Of a DNA stretch of 64,000 nucleotides, positions 48,531 to 58,397 are shown one piece after another. The notes under the pieces are model-generated. The model had not been told where the DNA came from and did no database searches. It saw nothing but the letters and a program-made list of their open reading frames with translations. Numbering within the stretch: the stretch's first letter is position 1; every line of letters starts with the position of its first letter. The translations under genes and the position numbers were made by a program. The stretch is from Vulcanimicrobiota bacterium (GTDB lineage: Bacteria > Vulcanimicrobiota > Vulcanimicrobiia > Vulcanimicrobiales > Vulcanimicrobiaceae), in contig CAWETW010000002.1 of NCBI GenBank assembly GCA_963812155.1, positions 320,001 through 384,000 of the forward strand, in the 5' to 3' direction.

Positions 48531-49930
48531 CCTCAGGCGCCTTGGCCATCGCCCTCTTCGATTTGGTCGCCATCGGGCTCTTCATCTACGGCCTCCACGA
48601 TCTGAATTCGCCGGCGACGGCACGGCGCGGTAATCGTTTGGCGATGCTCGGCATGTTCATCGCGCTAGTCAGCGTCTTGGTGCAGACGCTCGGCGTCGGA
48701 TGGTGGGCGATTGCCGTCGGCACGATCGTCGGTGCGGTCGTCGGCATCGTCGCCGCGGTCAAGGTCAAGATGACCGCGATGCCGCAGATGGTGGCGCTCT
48801 ACAACGGCGCCGGCGGCGGCGCGGCGGCATTGATTTCAACCGTCGAGTTTTACGTTTCGCGGCACGGCACCGTGTCGATCGACGACGTCATCGCGATTTC
48901 GCTCGTGCTTTCCGCCATTATCGGCGCGGTCAGCTTCGCCGGCTCGATCGTTGCATTTCTCAAACTGCAAGAGGTGATGACCGGCCGGCCGGTGACCTAT
49001 CCGGGCCAGCAGTTCGTCAACGCGCTCGTGGCGCTCGGCATCGTCGCGCTGGGAGCGTGGTTCGTCGCAACGCTCGGCGCGCTGCCGATGTGGGGATTTG
49101 CGGCGCTGTTGCTGGCGGCGTTGATGCTCGGCGTCCTCTTCGTCTTGCCGATCGGCGGCGCGGACATGCCGGTCGTCATCTCGCTGCTCAACTCGTTTAC
49201 GGGTTTGGCGGTCGCGATCACCGGTTTCGAGCTGTCCAGCACGCTGCTGATCATCTGCGGTGCGCTGGTCGGCGCGAGCGGCACGCTGCTGACCGTATTG
49301 ATGGGGCACGCGATGAATCGTCCGCTCACCAACGTGCTGTTCGGCGCGTTCGGCGCCAAGGGCGGAATGGAGGTCGCGACCGGCGGCGGCGGCCCGCAAC
49401 AGATTCGCAGCGCAAGCGCCGACGACGTCGCGATCATGCTTGCCTACGCGGGGAAGGTCATCTTCGTGCCCGGCTACGGCATGGCCGTCGCGCAAGCACA
49501 GCACAGCGTCAAAGCGCTCGCGGATCAGTTGGAGAAACGCGGCGTCAAGGTGCTCTACGCCATCCATCCGGTCGCGGGCCGCATGCCGGGCCACATGAAC
49601 GTGCTGCTCGCCGAGGCGAACGTGCCGTACAATCAACTGCTCGACATGGAGGACGTCAACCCGGAGTTCGCCACCACCGACGTCGCGCTGGTGATCGGCG
49701 CGAACGACGTGACGAATCCGGCCGCGCGTAACGTCCAGAGTTCTCCGATCTACGGCATGCCGATTCTCGACGTCGACAAAGCCGCCAACGTCGTCGTGCT
49801 CAAACGCTCGATGCGTTCGGGCTTTGCCGGCATCGAAAATCCGCTGTACGAGATGCCGAACTGTTCGATGCTCTTCGGCGACGCGAAAGCGTCGGTTGAT
49901 TCGCTGACCGCCGCCGTCAAAGCACTATAG
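48527..49930 (+). CDS. pntB: NAD(P) transhydrogenase subunit beta
   Basis: MTAMPQMVA, IGGADMPVVISLLNS, PGYGMAVAQAQ, HPVAGRMPGHMNVLLAE and GANDVTNP. Confidence 0.97.
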   Translation: MTSGALAIALFDLVAIGLFIYGLHDLNSPATARRGNRLAMLGMFIALVSVLVQTLGVGWWAIAVGTIVGAVVGIVAAVKVKMTAMPQMVALYNGAGGGAAALISTVEFYVSRHGTVSIDDVIAISLVLSAIIGAVSFAGSIVAFLKLQEVMTGRPVTYPGQQFVNALVALGIVALGAWFVATLGALPMWGFAALLLAALMLGVLFVLPIGGADMPVVISLLNSFTGLAVAITGFELSSTLLIICGALVGASGTLLTVLMGHAMNRPLTNVLFGAFGAKGGMEVATGGGGPQQIRSASADDVAIMLAYAGKVIFVPGYGMAVAQAQHSVKALADQLEKRGVKVLYAIHPVAGRMPGHMNVLLAEANVPYNQLLDMEDVNPEFATTDVALVIGANDVTNPAARNVQSSPIYGMPILDVDKAANVVVLKRSMRSGFAGIENPLYEMPNCSMLFGDAKASVDSLTAAVKAL

Positions 49931-50462
49931 CGTCTTCCTCAAACAGCACGTCGTAGCGGAGTGTATTTTCGGGCGTAACGCGGACGCCGGCGGTCGGCTG
50001 GTGCGGTCGGAGCGAGCCGTCGTGCATCAGGTGGCCCACCTCGAGGCCGTGCAGCAGTTGCGCCGCGTCGGCAATGAGCCGCCGGTGGCAGCGCCACCAC
50101 AGCGATTCCGAGCACATCACGGCGGTTTGCGCGTCTTTCGCATCCGCAAGCAGTTGCGCTAACGCATTCGCGAACTCGCCGGTTTCCATGTAGTCTGCAT
50201 AGCCGCGAAACGACGGATGACGCAGTGCGACGTTGGGGCTTTCCGGCCGCGCCTTGCGGAAGCCGCCCAGCCGGGGCTCCCAGCGATACGCCGCCGCCGC
50301 CGCTGACGGAATCCATCGCTCCATCTCTTCCCGCCCGAACTGCGGATGGCGGCGGCTCTTGGGCACGGTTCGAACGTCGATCAGCGATGCGATCGACGCG
50401 CCGACAATCAAGTGCGCGAGTTGGTCCGACGTCGCGGTTCCGTGACCTAGCGTAATGAGCAA
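49917..50462 (-). CDS. DUF488 family protein
   Basis: TLGHG, LIDVRTVPKSRRHPQF, LGGFR, FRGYADYM and MCSESLWWRCHRRLIAD. Confidence 0.9.
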   Translation of the reverse strand: MLITLGHGTATSDQLAHLIVGASIASLIDVRTVPKSRRHPQFGREEMERWIPSAAAAAYRWEPRLGGFRKARPESPNVALRHPSFRGYADYMETGEFANALAQLLADAKDAQTAVMCSESLWWRCHRRLIADAAQLLHGLEVGHLMHDGSLRPHQPTAGVRVTPENTLRYDVLFEEDAIVL

Positions 50463-50481
50463 GCCGCGCTCCCTGCGACCG

Positions 50482-53400
50482 TTACACGATGGCCGGCGGC
50501 GGCTCCGGCAAGTGCGGCGGGCCGGGGAGCGGCGGCGCCGGCGGCGCCGTCTTTTTCTTCTTGCGTTCGGTCCAGTTGACGACGATGACGTAGAGCACGG
50601 GAACGATCGCGAGGTTCATGACCGTCGAAACGATCATGCCGCCCAACACCGCGGTACCCAGAGAAATTCGCGACTGCGCGCCGTCGCCGTGCGCGAATGC
50701 CAACGGCAGAATTCCCAGGACGAACGCAATCGACGTCATGAGGATCGGCCGCAGGCGCTCGGTCGCCGCATGCGTCACCGCGTCGATCGTATTGCGGCCC
50801 TGTTCGCGCAGCTGATTGGCGAACTCGACGATCAGGATGGCGTTCTTCGCGGCCAGTCCGATGAGCATGACGTAGCCGATTTGCGCGTAGACGTCGCTCG
50901 ACGTTTGCGGCACGATGACCAAATGCCCCGCTAGTTTGGAATGAATCACGGTGCTGATGATCTCGCACCATCGACGAACGTAGATGCCGCCGACGGCGCC
51001 GACGAGGGCTAACGGCACGGCCATCATGATGACGAACGGCGTCGTGAGGCTCTCGTACTGCGCGACCAGCACGAGGAAGACGAAGAGCAATCCCATCGCA
51101 AAGACGAGGATCGTCTGCGGGCCGCTCTGCACTTGCTGGCGAGCGATGCCGCTCCAGTCGTACTTCATGCCCTTGGGCATATTCTCGGTCGCGAGCTTCG
51201 CCATTACGTTGAGCGCTTGACCGGAACTAGAGTTCGTGCCGGGCGAGCCGTCGATTTCGTAGGCGTTGAACTCGTTGAAGCGCATGATCGTGACGTTGGC
51301 CGTCGTCTTGGTGATGTCCAAGAGCTGCGAAACCGGCATGAGGCTGCCGTTTTGATTCGCGACGTAGATGCGCGTCAAGTCCTGCGGTACGGTCCGGTAC
51401 TTCGCGCCGGCTTGGATGACGACGTTGTACGACCGGCTGCCGTAGTCGAAGAAGTTCACGAACGCGGCGCCGGTCGTACTATTGAGCGTATTGAAGAACG
51501 ACGACGGCGAGACGCCGAGCGCGAGCGCCTTGGAGCGATTGAATTTCGCCTCGACGTACGGACCGGTGAGCAGCGTCGGAATGCGAACCTGCGACAACTG
51601 ATTGTTTTGCTGAGCCTTCGCGACGATCGTGTTGCCCACACGGTTGAGCGCCGGGAGACCGAAGCCGTTGATGTCTTGAATTTCCATGGCGAAGCCGCCC
51701 GTCGAGCCCAGTCCCGGAATGGCCGGCGGATTTGCCGGCAGCGCCTTCACGTTGGGGATCTTCAGGAAGTTCTGGTAGAGCGCGTACTGCAGGTTGAACG
51801 AACTGTTTTCCAGACCTTTGCGTTTGGACAGCGGCCAAAGCTGCACGAACAGCGTGGCTTGATTGCTGCTGCTGTTGGCGAAACCGAAGCCGACGCCCGA
51901 CGTCACCGCTTCGACTTGCGGCATCTTCACCATCATCGCTTCCAGCCGCTGGGAAACGGCCATCGTCTGATCGAGCGATGCGCTCGTCGGCAAGGTCACC
52001 AAAACGTAGAGCAGACTTTGGTCTTCGGTCGGTAAGAAGCCCTGCGGCGTCACGACGAAGAGCACGCCCAACAGCGCGATGCCGGCGAGGAAAATGGCGA
52101 CCATGATCTTGGTGCGCGCGATCAAGCGCGGCACCAAACCCATGTACCAGTTTTTCAACCCACCAAGGCGATCGTTGAACCACTTCAGGAACACGTTCTT
52201 GCTCGGTTCGTCGGCATGCACGAGCTCGTACGTCAAGACCGGGGCCAGCGTCAGCGCGGTAAAGAGCGAGATGCCGATCGACGCGGCCATCGTCAGCGCG
52301 AACTGCTGATAGAGCAAGCCGGTGGTGCCCGGCAGGAATGCCACGGGAATGAAGACCGACATGAGCACCAGCGACGTCGCGACGACCGCCCCGGTGATCT
52401 CTTTCATCGCGCGCTTGGTCGCTTCGAAGCTGTTGAGTTTGTCGTCCACGATGTGGCGGACGATGTTCTCGAGCACGACGATCGCGTCGTCGACGACGAG
52501 CCCGGTAGCGAGCGTAAGGCCGAACAGCGTGAGGGTGTTGATGGTGAAATTCATCATCTTCATGGCCGCGAACGTACCGATCAGCGAGACCGGAATCGTG
52601 ATCGACGGAATGAGCGTGCTGTGCCAGTTCTGCAGGAAGATGAAGATAACGAGCACGACGAGCAAGATCGCTATCAGCAGGGTGACGACGACTTCCTTGA
52701 TGGAGGCTCGAACGAAATCCGAGGTGTCGAAGGCGATCGAGTAATCCATGCCGGGCGGAAAGAACGGCTTGAGCCGTTCCATCGTGGCGCGCACCGTCTT
52801 TGAAATTTGCAGAGAGTTCGCGGTCGGTTCGCCCTCGATGGCCAGCACGACCGCCGTTCGTCCGTTATAGCGCGCGGACGTGACGTAGTTCTGCGCTCCT
52901 AACTCGACGTCGGCAATGTCGCCGAGCCGCACGTATCCGCCGTTCGGCTGCGCGACCACGACGATTTGCTTGAACTCGTCGGGCGTTTGCAGACGCCCGT
53001 TGACCTTGATGGGAATCTGAAAAGGCTGGGACCCGTTGGTCGGAGCTTGGCCGATGGCGCCCGGAGCGACGTCGGCATTCTGCTGCTTGATCGCGTTGAC
53101 CACGGTATCGATCGAAATGTTGTTGGCCTGCAGCTTGTGCGGATCCACCCACACCCGCATCCCGTAGGTGCGGTCGCCGAGCACTTCGACTTGGCCGACG
53201 CCCGGGATGCGCTTGAGATCTTCGATGACGTTGATGTCGGCGTAGTTGCTCACGGCAACGTCGCTGACCGACGAACTGGTCGAGACCATCGCGACGGCAA
53301 TCGTAATGTTGCCGGAGCTCTTTTGCACCGAAACGCCCTGCTGCTGTACCGCCGTCGGCAGCTGCGCCAGCGTAAGATCGACGCCGTGCTGGACGTTGGT

Positions 53401-53712
53401 TTGATCGGTCGTCGGATCGGTTCCAAGCGCAAACGTGCAGGTAATCGTCGAGATGCCGTTGGCACTGGAGTACGATTGCATGTACTGCAGGCCGTCGGCG
53501 CCGTTGATGTTGATCTCGAGCGGCGTCGTCACGGAACGCACGACGGCTTGGGCATCGGCGCCCGGGAAGTTCGCGGTGACGGTTACGGTCGGCGGTGAGA
53601 TCTGCGGGTATTGGGAAATCGGCAGGATCGGAATGCAAATCAAGCCTGCCAGCAATACTACGAAACTCAAGACGCCGGCAAAAAGCGGACGTTTGAGGAA
53701 GACCTCGATCAA
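50482..53712 (-). CDS. RND efflux transporter permease (AcrB/HAE1 family)
   Basis: FLKRP, LPISQYPQISPP, GLVVDDAIVVLEN, AKNAILIVEFA and RLRPILMTS. Proton-relay Asp-Asp and Lys are intact. Confidence 0.96.
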   Translation of the reverse strand: MIEVFLKRPLFAGVLSFVVLLAGLICIPILPISQYPQISPPTVTVTANFPGADAQAVVRSVTTPLEININGADGLQYMQSYSSANGISTITCTFALGTDPTTDQTNVQHGVDLTLAQLPTAVQQQGVSVQKSSGNITIAVAMVSTSSSVSDVAVSNYADINVIEDLKRIPGVGQVEVLGDRTYGMRVWVDPHKLQANNISIDTVVNAIKQQNADVAPGAIGQAPTNGSQPFQIPIKVNGRLQTPDEFKQIVVVAQPNGGYVRLGDIADVELGAQNYVTSARYNGRTAVVLAIEGEPTANSLQISKTVRATMERLKPFFPPGMDYSIAFDTSDFVRASIKEVVVTLLIAILLVVLVIFIFLQNWHSTLIPSITIPVSLIGTFAAMKMMNFTINTLTLFGLTLATGLVVDDAIVVLENIVRHIVDDKLNSFEATKRAMKEITGAVVATSLVLMSVFIPVAFLPGTTGLLYQQFALTMAASIGISLFTALTLAPVLTYELVHADEPSKNVFLKWFNDRLGGLKNWYMGLVPRLIARTKIMVAIFLAGIALLGVLFVVTPQGFLPTEDQSLLYVLVTLPTSASLDQTMAVSQRLEAMMVKMPQVEAVTSGVGFGFANSSSNQATLFVQLWPLSKRKGLENSSFNLQYALYQNFLKIPNVKALPANPPAIPGLGSTGGFAMEIQDINGFGLPALNRVGNTIVAKAQQNNQLSQVRIPTLLTGPYVEAKFNRSKALALGVSPSSFFNTLNSTTGAAFVNFFDYGSRSYNVVIQAGAKYRTVPQDLTRIYVANQNGSLMPVSQLLDITKTTANVTIMRFNEFNAYEIDGSPGTNSSSGQALNVMAKLATENMPKGMKYDWSGIARQQVQSGPQTILVFAMGLLFVFLVLVAQYESLTTPFVIMMAVPLALVGAVGGIYVRRWCEIISTVIHSKLAGHLVIVPQTSSDVYAQIGYVMLIGLAAKNAILIVEFANQLREQGRNTIDAVTHAATERLRPILMTSIAFVLGILPLAFAHGDGAQSRISLGTAVLGGMIVSTVMNLAIVPVLYVIVVNWTERKKKKTAPPAPPLPGPPHLPEPPPAIV

Positions 53713-53777
53713 ATCTCAGGCTCCTGGTTCCTGGGCGCTGAACCGCGCTTTTCGCCAAATGAGGGGGCCGCGGCCTC

Positions 53778-55442
53778 TCACGGCGCGCTCCGCAGCGACC
53801 ACGCGTACGCGTTCCACGTCGGGAGGAATGCGTTGGGAGCGAAACCGTGGAGACGCTTGAGATATGCGTATACGTAATCGGCATTGAAAAGGTAGAGGAT
53901 CGGGACGTCTTCCGCAACGATCCGCCCGATGCGCGCGTACAGCCGCTTGCGTTCCGCTTGCTCGGTCGAACTCAGGGCCAACCGCTCGAGCGCGTCGACG
54001 CGCGCATCGCACCACCGCATATAGTTCGACGGCGCGCGGCACGCCAGCACCGAGGAGTCGTCGGGATCGGCGCCCATCGTCCACGGAACGTACGCGAGGT
54101 CGAACGTCCCGCGCGCGAGCACTCCGGTGAGCGGCAGAAAGAGCTGTGCGTTGGCAACTGCTTTGACGCTCACGGCCACGCCGCGCAGCCGTAACGATTC
54201 CTGCACGGCGGTCGCGACGCGAACGCCGGTCGCCGATTCCGGAAACTGCACGTAGAGCAGTTCCAGCTCGCGCCCGTCTTTACGCCGTACGCCATCTTCG
54301 CCGCGCCTCCAGCCGGCTGCGTCGAAGAGCGCGTCGGCTCTATCCGGATCGTATCCGGGCTCGCGGACCGACGGATCGAACGCCCAGGAGAAGTGCGGCT
54401 GCAGCATGTCGGTCACGGGATAGGTCCCGAACGTAATTTTGCGCGAGATCGCTTGACGATCGATCGAAAACGCAATTGCACGGCGCACGCGTACGTCGTC
54501 GAGCGGCGCGTGCCGCGTGTTGAACGCCAACCCGGCGACGACCGCGGTCGGAACCTTTACAAACGCGACGTTCCGATTTCGGCGAAGAATCGGCAGTTGT
54601 GCGGGCGCGATGAGATTCCAATCCAGTTGGCCGGATTGCACGAGCAGCAAGTTCGTCGATGGATCCGGCACGACGCGCACGGAAAGCGTCGCAACCGCGG
54701 GCCGGCCGCGCCAGTACGACGGATTGGCCGAATACCGCAGGACGTCGCCGCGGTGCCACGACTCGAAACGGTAGGGTCCGTCACCGACGGAGGGGGCCGC
54801 GTTGAACGCAGCCTGCCCGAGCGGCTGCTGTCCGCGCAGCACGTGTGCCGGAAGGACGACGTCAGAGGATAATCCGTAAGAAAAATACGTCAGCGCCGCC
54901 GGCGCCCACGCGCGCGCAAGATGCACCACCACGGTACGCGCGTCGGGTGCTTCGGCGCGGTCGATGAGATCGTAGCCGGCGCGCGTGCGCACCGGATTGC
55001 GCGGATCGAGTATCGCGCGCAGTGTGAAAAGCACGTCTTGCGACGTGACCGGCAAGCCGTCGCTCCATTTCGCTCGCCGTAACCGGTAGACGATGGTGCG
55101 GCCGTCGGCCGAAACGCCGCCGTTGGCGCGGGTGGGCAACACCGAAAGCAGCGCCGGCTCGGGGCGGCCGCGGGAATCGAGATCGACGAAAGGCTCGAAA
55201 ACGAGCCGGGCCGCCTGCTGCTCGACAGAGGCGGCGTCGGGATGCGCGAATAGCGGATCGAGCGTCTGGGGATCGGCGGCCAGGGCGAAGCGGACGGTCG
55301 CTGGCGGCGCGGCCGGCCGGGAGGCCGGCTGACAGCCGTTGGAAGCCAAGAGGGCAAGCGCCAGTATAAGAATCCCGATGCCCCTACTTGCGCCGAATAA
55401 ATCGTTGGTGCTATAGTTTTGCAACCGAAGATTGTTCGGCAA
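53778..55442 (-). CDS. Peptide/nickel ABC transporter substrate-binding lipoprotein (family 5)
   Basis: Lipobox-like NGC, PQTLDP, KWSDGLPVTSQDVLFT, GDGPY, DVRVRRAIAFSIDR and NYMRWCD. The true start is uncertain and probably nearer 55380. Confidence 0.88.
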   Translation of the reverse strand: MPNNLRLQNYSTNDLFGASRGIGILILALALLASNGCQPASRPAAPPATVRFALAADPQTLDPLFAHPDAASVEQQAARLVFEPFVDLDSRGRPEPALLSVLPTRANGGVSADGRTIVYRLRRAKWSDGLPVTSQDVLFTLRAILDPRNPVRTRAGYDLIDRAEAPDARTVVVHLARAWAPAALTYFSYGLSSDVVLPAHVLRGQQPLGQAAFNAAPSVGDGPYRFESWHRGDVLRYSANPSYWRGRPAVATLSVRVVPDPSTNLLLVQSGQLDWNLIAPAQLPILRRNRNVAFVKVPTAVVAGLAFNTRHAPLDDVRVRRAIAFSIDRQAISRKITFGTYPVTDMLQPHFSWAFDPSVREPGYDPDRADALFDAAGWRRGEDGVRRKDGRELELLYVQFPESATGVRVATAVQESLRLRGVAVSVKAVANAQLFLPLTGVLARGTFDLAYVPWTMGADPDDSSVLACRAPSNYMRWCDARVDALERLALSSTEQAERKRLYARIGRIVAEDVPILYLFNADYVYAYLKRLHGFAPNAFLPTWNAYAWSLRSAP

Positions 55443-55470
55443 ATCTCCCTCCGCGGCGAATATGATAACG
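55388..55470 (+). promoter_or_regulatory. Promoter and putative Lrp-family operators of the lrp-kdd-kamA operon
   Basis: TTGCGC-N18-TATAGT with an extended TG. Palindrome CCGAA-GATTG-TTCGG (55425-55439) with related CGAAT-led copies at about 55393 and 55456 (31-32 bp period). Confidence 0.45.
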
Positions 55471-55932
55471 ACGACCGACGAACTCGACGAACTCGACCTT
55501 CAGCTTCTCGACGCGTTGCAGAGCAACGCGCGCTCGACCTTTGCCGAACTCGGCTCGCTCGTCGGCTTGAAAGCGCCGGCCGTTCACGACCGGGTCAAGC
55601 GCCTCGAGCAGCGCGGCTACATCCAGCGCTACTCGGCGCAGCTGGACGTGAAGCGACTCGGCCTTCTGCTGACCGCCTTCGTCAGTCTGTACACGTCTCC
55701 CGACTGCAACTACGACGAGTTCACGCGAACGCTCGGCGTCATGCCGGAAGTCTGCGAAGTTCATTCGGTCGCCGGCGAGGAGACCTTCGTTTGTAAGGTG
55801 GTGACCGCATCGACCAAGCATCTCGACGACCTGCTCGCCCGGCTCAAGGCAATGCCCGGGATGGCGCGTACGCGCACAACCATCGTGCTCACTACGCCCT
55901 ACGACCGCGGCGGGGTGACGGTGCAATCGTGA
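55462..55932 (+). CDS. Lrp/AsnC family transcriptional regulator
   Basis: LDELDLQLLDALQSNAR...ELGSLVGL...RVKRLEQRGYI and EVHSVAGEETFVCKV. Confidence 0.94.
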   Translation: MITTTDELDELDLQLLDALQSNARSTFAELGSLVGLKAPAVHDRVKRLEQRGYIQRYSAQLDVKRLGLLLTAFVSLYTSPDCNYDEFTRTLGVMPEVCEVHSVAGEETFVCKVVTASTKHLDDLLARLKAMPGMARTRTTIVLTTPYDRGGVTVQS

Positions 55933-57002
55933 GTGCGATCTCCGACCCGCGCCCGCACCGCCTCGGGACGCATCGCGTGCTCGAGCCGGCCGGCGCGCTG
56001 CCGCAGGCGGCCTGGAAGCTCGACAACACGCCGATTGCGCGCGACAACGAAATTCTCTGCGACGTCGAGACGCTCAACGTCGATTCGGCCTCGTTCAAAC
56101 AGATCGCCGACGACTGCGAACGCGACGCGGAACGCATCGCCGCGCACATCGTCGGGATCGTGAACGAGCGCGGCAAGCAGCACAACCCGGTAACGGGAAG
56201 CGGCGGGATGTTCATCGGATCGGTTGCCGAGGTCGGCCGCGCCCTGCGCGGCAAGCACCAGCTCGAGGCCGGCGACCGCATCGCTTCGCTCGTCTCCCTT
56301 TCGCTAACGCCCCTGCACGTTGAAGAAATTACGCGCATCGACGTTGCGACCGGCCGCGTCTGGATTCGCGGAAAGGCGATTCTGTTCGAAAGCGGCATCT
56401 GGGCGACGCTGCCCTCCGACATCGACGAGAACGTCGCGCTGGCAGTCCTCGACGTCGCCGGAGCGCCCGCGCAAGTAAAACGTCTCTGCAAGCCCGGACA
56501 AACGGTGGTCGTCATCGGCGCCGCCGGAAAAAGCGGCATGCTCTCGTGTGCGGAGGCCCGCCGCCGGGTCGGTCCGCAAGGCCACGTCATCGGCGTCGTC
56601 CCGCATCCCGAATCGGAATCCGCGCAGCTGCTCTTAAGCGATCACTTGGTAGACACCCTCGTGCGCGCCGACGCACGCGATGCTTTGGAGTTGAGCGAGA
56701 AAGTTGCCGCCGTCGCGCCCGATTTGGCCGATGTGACGATCAATTGCGTGAACGTTCCCGCAACGGAGATGGCGTCGATTCTTTGCACGAAAGAGGGCGG
56801 AATCGTCTACTTCTTTTCGATGTCGACGTCGTTTACGGCCGCCGCGCTCGGCGCCGAGGGAATCGGCCGCGACGTTACGATGATCATCGGCAACGGCTAC
56901 GCCAAGGATCACGCGGCGACCGCGCTGCAAACGCTGCGCGATCATCCGCACCTGCACGACTACTTCAACGCTAAGTACGCTCACAAGAGGAACCCGTCAT
57001 GA
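55929..57002 (+). CDS. kdd: L-erythro-3,5-diaminohexanoate dehydrogenase
   Basis: GTHRVLEPAGALPQAAWKLDN, RGKQHNPVTGSGGM, SLVSLSLTPL, LDVAGAPAQ and FFSMSTSFTAAALGAEG are Kdd signature stretches. Confidence 0.92.
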   Translation: MSAISDPRPHRLGTHRVLEPAGALPQAAWKLDNTPIARDNEILCDVETLNVDSASFKQIADDCERDAERIAAHIVGIVNERGKQHNPVTGSGGMFIGSVAEVGRALRGKHQLEAGDRIASLVSLSLTPLHVEEITRIDVATGRVWIRGKAILFESGIWATLPSDIDENVALAVLDVAGAPAQVKRLCKPGQTVVVIGAAGKSGMLSCAEARRRVGPQGHVIGVVPHPESESAQLLLSDHLVDTLVRADARDALELSEKVAAVAPDLADVTINCVNVPATEMASILCTKEGGIVYFFSMSTSFTAAALGAEGIGRDVTMIIGNGYAKDHAATALQTLRDHPHLHDYFNAKYAHKRNPS

Positions 57003-58378
57003 ACGACACCGTCATCAGCCACGTAAAGCCTCCGGCCCCGCCGCAACAGTTCGAGTACAAGAACCTCAAGCAGGGCGAGTTCTGGCGGCACATACCGGCT
57101 TACAAAGACGTCGACGAGACGACGTTCCTCGATCATCTCTGGCAGCAGAAAAATGCCGTCAAGACGGCCGACGAACTGCTCGCGGCGATCAAGGACGTCT
57201 GCTCGCCGGAGTTTTACGCCGATGCCGAATCGGGTTTCAAACGGGCACCGATGGCGGTGCGCGTTTCGCCGTACGCGATCGCCCTCATCGACTGGAACGA
57301 TCCGCTCAACGACCCGATCAGGCGTCAATTCGTTCCGCTTGCCTCAACCTTGCTTCCCGACCATCCGCGCCTGACGCTGGACTCGCTGCACGAGCAAGGG
57401 GATTCGCCGGTGCCCGGACTCGTGCACCGCTACGTGGACAAGGCGCTGTTCCTGCCGCTCAATACCTGTCCGGTGTACTGCCGTTTCTGTACGCGCAGTT
57501 ACGCGATCGGCCCAGACACCGAGAACGTGGATAAGGTCGCGCTTGCCAAGACGCCCAAACAATGGGAAGAGGCGTTCCAGTACATCTCGGAGCGACCGGA
57601 GCTCGAAGACATCGTGATCTCGGGCGGCGACATGTATCAAATGTCGCCAAAGAATCTGGAAGTCATCGGTAACCGGCTGCTCGACATTCCACACGTGCGT
57701 CGCATGCGCTTTGCCACCAAAGGCCCGGCGATCATGCCGATGAAGATCCTCACGCACGCGGAATGGCTCGACGCCATTACCGCCGTCGTGGATCGCGGCC
57801 GCACCATGGGCAAGGAAGTCGTGCTGCACACGCATTTCAACGCCCCCGAAGAGATTACGTGGATCACCGAAAAGGCGATGCGCGCGCTGTTCGAGCGCGG
57901 CATTTTTACGCGCAATCAATCGGTGCTCATCCGCGGAGTCAACGACGAACGGGAGCGGATGCAGCTGCTCGTCAAGCGCCTCGGTTATCTCAACGTCCAC
58001 GCCTACTACGTTTATATGCACGACATGGTGAAGGGCGTCGAGGAACTGCGAACCACCATCCACACCGCAACCGACGTCGAGAAGTTCGTGCGCGGCAGCA
58101 CGGCAGGCTTCAATACGCCGACCTTCGTTTGCGACGCGCCCGGCGGCGGCGGCAAGCGCGACGTTCACTCCTACGAATACTACGACCGTGACAACGGGAT
58201 CGCCGTCTACGCCGCACCCAGCGTCAAACCGGGCCAGGCGTTCGTCTATTTCGATCCGATCGACAAACTCTCGGCCGACGCGCAGGCGCGCTGGGCCGTT
58301 CGCGAGATTCAGGATCAGATGATTCACGAAGCCGTGCGCAAGGCGGGCGTCGGAGACGAACAGCTGGTCTTAGCGTAA
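56999..58378 (+). CDS. kamA: Lysine 2,3-aminomutase (KamA family radical SAM enzyme)
   Basis: VPGLVHRY, CPVYCRFCTR (CxxxCxxC), ISGGD, HFN, NQSVLIRGVND and DAPGGGGK (PLP Lys). Coupled to kdd. Confidence 0.92.
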   Translation: MNDTVISHVKPPAPPQQFEYKNLKQGEFWRHIPAYKDVDETTFLDHLWQQKNAVKTADELLAAIKDVCSPEFYADAESGFKRAPMAVRVSPYAIALIDWNDPLNDPIRRQFVPLASTLLPDHPRLTLDSLHEQGDSPVPGLVHRYVDKALFLPLNTCPVYCRFCTRSYAIGPDTENVDKVALAKTPKQWEEAFQYISERPELEDIVISGGDMYQMSPKNLEVIGNRLLDIPHVRRMRFATKGPAIMPMKILTHAEWLDAITAVVDRGRTMGKEVVLHTHFNAPEEITWITEKAMRALFERGIFTRNQSVLIRGVNDERERMQLLVKRLGYLNVHAYYVYMHDMVKGVEELRTTIHTATDVEKFVRGSTAGFNTPTFVCDAPGGGGKRDVHSYEYYDRDNGIAVYAAPSVKPGQAFVYFDPIDKLSADAQARWAVREIQDQMIHEAVRKAGVGDEQLVLA

Positions 58379-58397
58379 GCCGGGCCGTTGGAGCAGC

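Noticed and set aside
56999..58378. KamA homolog as EF-P beta-lysylation enzyme EpmB
   Set aside because: It is longer than typical EpmB, coupled to kdd, and has no efp or epmA nearby, so a catabolic KamA fits better.
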